DNA of 25,179 bases from a virus. Taxonomy: Duplodnaviria > Caudoviricetes. Positions 22,348 through 25,179 of this stretch are shown here, piece after piece. The stretch is from positions 1 to 25,179 of IMG/VR virus record IMGVR_UViG_3300025782_000068. The stretch is one strand, 5' to 3'. The translations under genes and the position numbers were made by a program. Numbering within the stretch: position 1 is the stretch's first letter; the number at the start of each line of letters is the position of its first letter. The notes under the pieces are model-generated. The model searched no databases, was not told the DNA's origin, and saw only the letters and a list, made by a program, of their open reading frames with translations.

Positions 22348-23449
22348 TTGCGCCTTCTAACTTTGCTAGTCGTGCTTCGTGGGATTGCAATAGCGGAATG
22401 AGAGCAACTGCTACGCGGTCATAGTTTACCGAATCTGGCTGACCTTCTTCATTTTTGTTCATAAGCAAATCAGCAAGAACAGGTATCTCCGCGATCTCTT
22501 CGGCAATAAGTCCAAGGATGCGAGGCAAGCCATCAGTAGAACCGCCCTGAGCATCTGCCGCACCTTTGTCAATAAAAGATTTAGGAGATAAAGCAAGGAT
22601 AGATTGCAAAGGAATTGCCTGAAGCTCAACATCTAGCTTGTAACGCAAAGATGAGGATGATCGAGCAAGCAAACCGCTAGATGAGTTTATGTAAGCGTTA
22701 GCCGAGGATGTTGTGGTTGCGTAACCAGAGTTGTAGAAATAAGCCTGAGCCGTCATTGTGCTTCCGGCGGTAATAGTGCTTGAAGTGACAATAGATGCGC
22801 TGCTTGAAATCTGCCCGCTTGAAGAGTTGATGCTTAGACCGCCACCAGTTAAAGCATAGGAAGTAAGAGAGAAACCGCCAATGGTTCCGTTTGATGAGTA
22901 AATGCTTCCAGTAAATGAACCTGATGTTGCGGTGATTGTTCCTGTAATTGTTGCGCCCGTACAGGTCAATAAACCTGTTGAGCCATCAACATAGAAGTTT
23001 CCACCAATGTTCAAGGTTGAGCCAGTAATGGAAGAGCCTGTGATGCTTCCCTTGAAAGAAGCTGCTCCCGTTGAGGCAACAATGGCAAATGTGGCAGAAC
23101 CGCCAGAATCGTAGCCAGCGATGCCAGCCGAGTTCATTACTACACGCGCACCACTTGAAGCGGATGAACCTGAGTAAACAGTAATTCCGTTTGTAGAAAT
23201 TGCCGTCATCTGGTTGCTTGAATTGACGATTGTTGATGCGCTTGGTTGAAGCGAACCGATAGCAGCTGCATAAGCAGTTGCGGCATTGGCAAGTGCGGTA
23301 GTTGCTTGAGCCTCTGCGGTGGTCGCCTGAGTAGATGCGCTTTGAGCAGTAGTCATCGCTTGATCGGGCGCAGACTCTAGTTTGCGGATGCGTTGGTTGA
23401 TCGTGCTGAAGTAATCGTAGAGATTAGCGGGAATGTTTGTATATGCCAT
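22319..23449 (-). CDS. Tail fibre/spike with C-terminal intramolecular chaperone (peptidase S74-like)
   Basis: N-terminal RIRKLE coil, Gly/Ser/Thr-rich beta repeats, SSSLRYK cleavage-type motif, GLIAEE, VNYD and a terminal coil. Confidence 0.88.
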   Translation of the reverse strand: MAYTNIPANLYDYFSTINQRIRKLESAPDQAMTTAQSASTQATTAEAQATTALANAATAYAAAIGSLQPSASTIVNSSNQMTAISTNGITVYSGSSASSGARVVMNSAGIAGYDSGGSATFAIVASTGAASFKGSITGSSITGSTLNIGGNFYVDGSTGLLTCTGATITGTITATSGSFTGSIYSSNGTIGGFSLTSYALTGGGLSINSSSGQISSSASIVTSSTITAGSTMTAQAYFYNSGYATTTSSANAYINSSSGLLARSSSSLRYKLDVELQAIPLQSILALSPKSFIDKGAADAQGGSTDGLPRILGLIAEEIAEIPVLADLLMNKNEEGQPDSVNYDRVAVALIPLLQSHEARLAKLEGANGTGTSSTN

Positions 23450-24711
23450 TAGAGAGTTACAATCCAAGAAGTGCCTTGATTATAGACGGCGCGAGATAAT
23501 GAAACTGTCACTCTGCTTGCTCCATCCTCGCCGGGTTCTACGCTGATAGACCCAATGCGCCATTCTGAATAATCGTAACCTGCGGGAAACAGATCATCAA
23601 TAATAACCAAACGAGCAAAATCTCCGACTTTGTAAGTTCCCAAATATGGGTCGTTGTATGGCGGAAGAACAACTTGCACAACTTCAGGAGCTGAAATAAC
23701 TGGGTTACCTGTAAGTGGGTGAGTGATACCCGTGCGAGCGTTAAGTTGTCCAGCGTTAGTAGCACCGAGAAGGCTTGAATCCTCAATATCAATGAAGCTA
23801 GCGATATCTTCCAAAATAGCAGCGTTACCGCTTGTTGAGTTAATGCTGCCAGCAGGGTCGTATGAGTATTGGTTGTCTAATGCCAAAGCAATGATTTTGT
23901 TGGCGTTCTTGCCATAGCCAAGTCCCCAAAGAGCGTTAGCCGCGCTAGTAGCATCTTGATTGTAAATATACTCAACAAGATTGCCGGGAAATTGAAAGAC
24001 CGCAGTAGTCGTTGCGCTGCTCGGAATATACATTGTGAAGTGCTTGACTGGGCGACCCGATGAATCGTATGTGTAAGTAATCACAAAGTCGAAATACGGA
24101 TTGCCTGACGATGAATCTAAACCATCTGATAAGTCTTTAACTGCTTGATAAACCTCTTTGAGTTCATAGTCAAAGTAGGTACGAGTTACAGAGTAACCAG
24201 AAGTTGTTGAGCTAGACTGCAAGCCGATATTGCCTTTGACCGTGCCACCTTGGTTTGGAAAAGTCACGCTTTGAGCGTAATTGACAATGAGGTCGTTGGC
24301 GATTGAGCAAATGTCGCCTGTGTAGTTGATTGAGGTAGGCGTTGGAGATGTGCCGTAATAAGTAGTGTTGAGAGGCGTGATCTTACGGCGCTTGAAATAC
24401 GAGAGCATTTCTTGACCCGTAATCTTGAGAATCTGAGTCGTTGAGTCATACTCGCGCAACCAGATAACGCCACCCCAAATAATTTTTCCGCCATAGTCCA
24501 CATAAAGGCAAGTCTGTCCGGGGTTGGTTCCGCTAAAGACATTAAGTTTTGCAGCATCCAAACCTGACAAAAGAAGCTCGCCAGTAAAGGAACCAATGCT
24601 GTTGAGTTGAGTGTCGAAGCTGACGGCAGTTAAAGGCAACTCGGCAAGGATGGAATTGGGCGTAGTCCCACTTTGATAAAGCGCGGTTGTGAAATAACGA
24701 AAATCAGACAT
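23449..24711 (-). CDS. Minor tail / baseplate hub protein
   Basis: LAELPL..VSF..QLNSIGSF, IIWGGVIW, YKVGD.ARLVIIDDLFP; lies between the distal tail and fibre genes. Confidence 0.82.
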   Translation of the reverse strand: MSDFRYFTTALYQSGTTPNSILAELPLTAVSFDTQLNSIGSFTGELLLSGLDAAKLNVFSGTNPGQTCLYVDYGGKIIWGGVIWLREYDSTTQILKITGQEMLSYFKRRKITPLNTTYYGTSPTPTSINYTGDICSIANDLIVNYAQSVTFPNQGGTVKGNIGLQSSSTTSGYSVTRTYFDYELKEVYQAVKDLSDGLDSSSGNPYFDFVITYTYDSSGRPVKHFTMYIPSSATTTAVFQFPGNLVEYIYNQDATSAANALWGLGYGKNANKIIALALDNQYSYDPAGSINSTSGNAAILEDIASFIDIEDSSLLGATNAGQLNARTGITHPLTGNPVISAPEVVQVVLPPYNDPYLGTYKVGDFARLVIIDDLFPAGYDYSEWRIGSISVEPGEDGASRVTVSLSRAVYNQGTSWIVTL

Positions 24712-25177
24712 AAGCGTTAGTGTAACTGATTGACATACTGCCAGCGCTGATCGTAAAGGTATTGCTGCTAACAGGCGCAAGTTGTAGCCAGCCAGTTGAG
24801 GTTGTCATTATCCCGCGATTAGGGTTGCCATTTTGAGTAATGGTGCGTTGAAGCAAATCAATCACAACAGTTGTTCCGCTAGTTGCGCTAAAACTCATTG
24901 AGTTACTGTTTGAGTCGGTGATAGTGAAACCGCCGGGGTTGCTGGCAACGGTGATAACAGGGCAAGAAATAGCCCACCCGCTATTTGTCATAGCAACAGA
25001 TGTGCCAGATGAAGTCGTGTAAGGATAATCGTAGTAGCGAGGGTCTGGGAAAAAGAACTCAACGCTGGTCTGAATGTAGCCATAGGCAAAATCTGGGTCA
25101 ATGGATGTTTGTATATTGCGAACGCGACCATACATAACCTTTAGCCCGATAGATGACGACAACTCAAATTGAAACGC
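24704..25177 (-). CDS. Distal tail protein (Dit-like), 5' end beyond window
   Basis: FFFPDPRYY, NSGW..CPVI, VVIDLLQRTI, WLQLAP motifs; frame open to the window end. Confidence 0.78.
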   Translation of the reverse strand, partial: AFQFELSSSIGLKVMYGRVRNIQTSIDPDFAYGYIQTSVEFFFPDPRYYDYPYTTSSGTSVAMTNSGWAISCPVITVASNPGGFTITDSNSNSMSFSATSGTTVVIDLLQRTITQNGNPNRGIMTTSTGWLQLAPVSSNTFTISAGSMSISYTNAYV

Positions 25178-25179
25178 GC

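Noticed and set aside
19264-24780. Extended starts in the track (20229, 23467, 24780; likewise 7344, 8854, 11165, 14469, 14803, 15883, 16529, 17480, 18542)
   Set aside because: They run through terminators, promoters or neighbouring genes; downstream starts with an RBS or stop/start coupling fit better.
1-25179. Stop-codon reassignment, introns or inteins
   Set aside because: Genes read intact in the standard code using TAA, TAG and TGA stops; TerL and the other enzymes have normal lengths and no splice motifs were noticed.

Overview
The window is part of a tailed dsDNA phage genome, siphovirus-like. WhiB, extended -10/leaderless promoters, a GAAC-N4-GTTC box and r1t-type holins suggest an actinobacterial host, plausibly a low-GC freshwater lineage (inference). 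Almost all genes are on the minus strand and are often coupled by ATGA or TAATG overlaps. In transcription order (right to left): distal tail, minor tail and S74-chaperone tail fibre genes; a lysis region with several holin-like proteins and a CHAP endolysin; a metallophosphoesterase pair; HNH genes; a recombination/replication block (putative annealing protein, Cas4-like exonuclease, WhiB, initiator with internal repeats, RusA); many small early genes and a dNMP kinase; a secreted transglycosylase, a proteasome-beta/HslV-like Thr protease, GroES and SSB; ParB-methyltransferase, TerS and TerL; and finally a small beta-sandwich protein and a >972 aa collagen-like fibre that runs off the left edge and is missing from the ORF track. 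Most notable: (1) a protease + GroES module with its own candidate promoter; (2) a 257-nt TerS/TerL dual-coding overlap; (3) a probable ATA start coupled by an ATAA overlap; (4) apparent absence of ACGT, CCWGG and GACGC; (5) a SOS-box-like palindrome plus repeated GTAAG half-sites at early promoters; (6) an attenuator-like element before the endolysin. All calls are from motif reading by eye; no database searches were run.
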